A stretch of 64,000 nucleotides of DNA from Leptospira sp. GTDB taxonomy: Bacteria > Spirochaetota > Leptospiria > Leptospirales > Leptospiraceae. Both the position numbers and the translations under genes were made by a program. The notes under the pieces were generated by a model. The model was not told the DNA's origin. It saw only the letters and a program-made list of their open reading frames with translations, and ran no database searches. The stretch covers positions 192,001 through 256,000 of the forward strand of contig JAWXAQ010000008.1 in the NCBI GenBank assembly GCA_034439575.1, in the 5' to 3' direction. Shown piece after piece: positions 60,848 to 64,000 of the stretch (the stretch's first letter is position 1; every line of letters starts with the position of its first letter).

Positions 60848-61894
60848 TTAGAATTTTCTTGTCTCAAAAAAAGAAACGATCGCGGAATGGAAGTCATTTT
60901 CGGCTAATTTGGCGGCTGGAATGAGGCCAGTCATTTGCAAGTATCCATGAAGCAGTCCAGAAAAATGCCTATGTTGGACTTTGACTCCCGCTGAGGCGAG
61001 AGAAGCGGCATAAGCTTCGCCTTCATCACGAAGTGGATCAAAACCAGCTGTGGCAATGTATGTAGGTGGCATTCCTTTTAAATCTTTAGTGTCAGTGAGT
61101 AGGGGAGAATTGAATATATTAAGCCTATCATTTCCATTGGGTGCAAAATTTTGAATGAACCAACGCATGGTATTTTTAGTTAAGATAAATTTTTCGCCGA
61201 ATTCTTCGTAAGAGCCGGACTCTTTGGAAACATCCGTCATTGGATAGAGTAGGGCCTGGAAAACGGGAAGAGTTACTTTTTCTTTTTTGGCACGTAGACA
61301 AATAGCTGTCGCAAGTAGGCCACCGGCACTATCACCAGCAACTGCGATCGCGTTCGGAGATCCACCCATCAAATATGCGCTGTTTCGAATGTACTGATAT
61401 GCTCGAAAACAATCATCTATCGCGGCAGGGTAGGGATTTTCTGGAGCAAGGCGATAATCGACCGATGCTACAATTACTTTTGCATAGTAGGCAATTCGTC
61501 TACAAAGTGCATCATGGGTTTCTATAGATCCGATCGTAAATCCACCGCCATGAAAATAAACCACGATCGGCAAATTTCCTTTTTGCGGATGGGCATTATA
61601 AACACGAACGGGTATGAAATAAGAAGCAGTTGTAGGAATTAATTTATCTTCAATATGGCTGACAGATATAGGTTCTTCATCAAATACTCGAATGTTATCT
61701 GCAAATAATTTCCTAGCCTTTATCGGATTCAGAGTCTCAAGTTTTGGTAATATACGGGCAAAATTGCAAGCGAGCTGAGATTGGGGATTGAGTGCTTCTC
61801 CATTATGGACAGTAACACCACCGAAGAGAGTATGAATCCAATTTTCAGGGAGAGCAAAAACGAACTGTGCAATGGATCGTTTAATGCCTAACAT
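60848..61894 (-). CDS. HSL-family esterase/lipase
   Basis: HGGG, DYRLAPE, GDSAGG, DPLRDE, HG. Confidence 0.93.
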   Translation of the reverse strand: MLGIKRSIAQFVFALPENWIHTLFGGVTVHNGEALNPQSQLACNFARILPKLETLNPIKARKLFADNIRVFDEEPISVSHIEDKLIPTTASYFIPVRVYNAHPQKGNLPIVVYFHGGGFTIGSIETHDALCRRIAYYAKVIVASVDYRLAPENPYPAAIDDCFRAYQYIRNSAYLMGGSPNAIAVAGDSAGGLLATAICLRAKKEKVTLPVFQALLYPMTDVSKESGSYEEFGEKFILTKNTMRWFIQNFAPNGNDRLNIFNSPLLTDTKDLKGMPPTYIATAGFDPLRDEGEAYAASLASAGVKVQHRHFSGLLHGYLQMTGLIPAAKLAENDFHSAIVSFFETRKF

Positions 61895-61897
61895 AAA

Positions 61898-63382
61898 TTA
61901 TTTGAGCTTTTCATATAACATCTTATATAATAAAAACAATCCAAAGGTATCCATTTTGCAATAAGTTTCTAAATCTTCCAGAACACGAATTTTTTCTTCT
62001 AGTGTCACCTGCTTTTTTAATAATCGCAAGTATTGGTAATTTGCATCCTGACCTTCTTTGATAGAAAGTCCGATATGACTTATGTCAGAAAACGCAGGTA
62101 GAATCTCCTTCAATGAAGCTTTCCCTTTTTGTTTTGGCGAATAGATCCAAAATTTTTTGAATGGAAGGGCTAAATCCTTGAAAAGTGGCTTCATGTAGGT
62201 CCAAAGTTCGCTATGCTCAGCGTACAGATTGACCAAATCATCAATAATTTGTTTCTCAAAAAAGTCGTTGAACGAGAATATGGTGGTCTCTTTGGGAATA
62301 TCTTTCATTAACTGATTGATTACATTGTATCTTGGGTCTCCATCTTCAGGCTTATGGATATAGGAATGATGGATTAAGGTATCTGATGTTGAATCCCATA
62401 TATGTAATGAGTATAAAAAGGGTATATGTTGGAATGGTTTGGAATTTGGGAACATCGGGAGAATCGGATTGATTGATTCAAAATCTAAAAATGCTACTTT
62501 ATCACTGACTCCTTCAAAGAATGTTTTTAATTGCACCGTATCAAAATAATCTTCTGAATTCACATGTGCTCTTTTTTGGATGAGTTGGATTTGACTTAAC
62601 TCATCTTCTGGCATTTCCGAAAAAGTTTTGATTCCGTTAAGATAGAATTTTTTTGTTAGTTCTTGGCCTTCCCGTAAATCAAATATTTCATAATCTGAAA
62701 TTTCTTTAAAACAGACATCTTTAGAATAGCATGACTTTGGTGACCTACAAGTATGATGTGTATCTTCATGAATGGGAAATATGGGATTCTCTAAATAGTT
62801 TAAAAATAAATCCCATTCATTTTCAAATCTCAAACTTTCTTTTGTTAGTCTATCCGTCACGGATTCGACGATAAGATATTCATCTCTATCAATTGGTGAT
62901 TTGTCAAAAATATATGATGCATTGATACGAATTAGTTTAGTATCAATAATCGAAATATCTAATGATTCCAAAAGTTTTTTTTGGAAGTAAAGGGATCTAA
63001 TAATATCGAGTTTGTTTGAACTTACTGGACGAAAATCATAAAGTTCCCATGAGTTTGATTCTGGAGATGGCACTAAACATTCTATATACGATGAAAAATT
63101 GGAAGATTGAAAGTAACCTCCAAATATACATTGCCTTTTTTCAATTGCTAATTTTGTTTCTTTTGTTTGATCTTCTTTGGAAAGTGATCTTGAAATTGTG
63201 ATTTGGTTATCAAAATAAGTAGAACAAAGTCCTTCGAAATCGTGCCATTCTAAATTTCCACTATGAGCTACATTTGACTTTTGAAACATTTCCTGATTTA
63301 AGAGATAAAAACCATTGGAACAACGTGTGAAATTGAGATATTGAGATTTGGTGATCGGGTAATTAATGTTGTTAGGTGACAA
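61898..63382 (-). CDS. DUF2779 domain protein (Cas4-like N-terminus plus RNase H-like/YprB C-terminus)
   Basis: ITKSQY...RC start, CRSPKSC...C, FLDFES, IPFLYSLH, SLKEILP, YCKMD. Confidence 0.85.
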   Translation of the reverse strand: MSPNNINYPITKSQYLNFTRCSNGFYLLNQEMFQKSNVAHSGNLEWHDFEGLCSTYFDNQITISRSLSKEDQTKETKLAIEKRQCIFGGYFQSSNFSSYIECLVPSPESNSWELYDFRPVSSNKLDIIRSLYFQKKLLESLDISIIDTKLIRINASYIFDKSPIDRDEYLIVESVTDRLTKESLRFENEWDLFLNYLENPIFPIHEDTHHTCRSPKSCYSKDVCFKEISDYEIFDLREGQELTKKFYLNGIKTFSEMPEDELSQIQLIQKRAHVNSEDYFDTVQLKTFFEGVSDKVAFLDFESINPILPMFPNSKPFQHIPFLYSLHIWDSTSDTLIHHSYIHKPEDGDPRYNVINQLMKDIPKETTIFSFNDFFEKQIIDDLVNLYAEHSELWTYMKPLFKDLALPFKKFWIYSPKQKGKASLKEILPAFSDISHIGLSIKEGQDANYQYLRLLKKQVTLEEKIRVLEDLETYCKMDTFGLFLLYKMLYEKLK

Positions 63383-64000
63383 TTGAATAATTCCGTATCA
63401 AAGAGTTTAAATACTCTTTGAAGGCAGTGGTGAAGGATAAGGAAGATCCATTCTGCAATGCTTCAGGATATTTCATAAAAAAATTAAACAATGCTTCTTT
63501 GTTTGTTGTACTAAGTATGAATTTTTGTCCTTCTTCTTTATAAGGATAATCATCCAATAGTAATTGAAATGAGTCTTTATAATTTGGATCAATCATGATT
63601 AAAATTACTTCGCTTTCATGTTTTGAAAATGAGAGCGGGTGAAAGCTCAAATCTATATCAGAATTTTTTTTGTTTGAATGAAAGTCTTCTCGTAAGTCTT
63701 TTCTGATTTCGATTCTAGGTAAAATAAATCTTCGAATTCCTTTTTTCATTCTATCATATGCGATCAAATAAAAATCTTCAGAATTTTTTCTAACCAAACG
63801 ATATGGCTCAATGATTCTTTCTTTGTTGTCCCGACCATATGAAATGACTAAGGCACGTTTGTCTTTTAAGGCCTGGATAATCTTTGTTAATGGTGATTCG
63901 TCTTCATTGGGCTCTTCTGATTTCTTATGTTTATGAATTTTAATTCCTTTGGGATATAATTCTAAATTCTTGGAAAAAAGTTTTTGCGAAAGTGAAAGCA
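63372..64000 (-). CDS. WYL-domain transcriptional regulator (5' end outside window)
   Basis: Frame is open to the window edge: IIQALKDKRALVISY...ERIIEPYRL...FYLIAYDRMKKGIRRFILPRI. Confidence 0.85.
   Translation of the reverse strand, partial: LSLSQKLFSKNLELYPKGIKIHKHKKSEEPNEDESPLTKIIQALKDKRALVISYGRDNKERIIEPYRLVRKNSEDFYLIAYDRMKKGIRRFILPRIEIRKDLREDFHSNKKNSDIDLSFHPLSFSKHESEVILIMIDPNYKDSFQLLLDDYPYKEEGQKFILSTTNKEALFNFFMKYPEALQNGSSLSFTTAFKEYLNSLIRNYSIVT

Overview
AT-rich bacterial chromosome segment, most consistent with a Leptospira species. This is inferred from the many spirochaete-type lipoproteins, the 7TM-DISM/GAF adenylate cyclases and a probable FcpB. It is mostly housekeeping and accessory genes (PBP1A, transketolase N-subunit, polyprenyl synthase, ClC, mazG, lpxD, MFS) plus a tRNA-Thr(UGU)/tRNA-Tyr(GUA) pair. 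Most notable: (1) an island of about 3.3 kb next to tRNA-Tyr built from two families of palindromic non-coding elements. These form mirror-image A-B-A composites around an orphan papain-fold toxin-like fragment and its secreted partner; the A elements show compensatory base changes, and a tRNA-Tyr 3'-end mimic closes the island. (2) An abutting adenylate cyclase pair in which one partner is catalytically degenerate, close to two stand-alone cNMP-binding proteins. (3) A WYL regulator coupled to a DUF2779 Cas4-like/RNase H-like protein. (4) An SPL-like radical SAM plus nucleosidase pair. (5) A decayed mosaic pseudogene near 4.2-5.7 kb. No CRISPR array, rRNA, integrase or transposase was seen. 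All family calls come from motif recognition by eye, not database searches.
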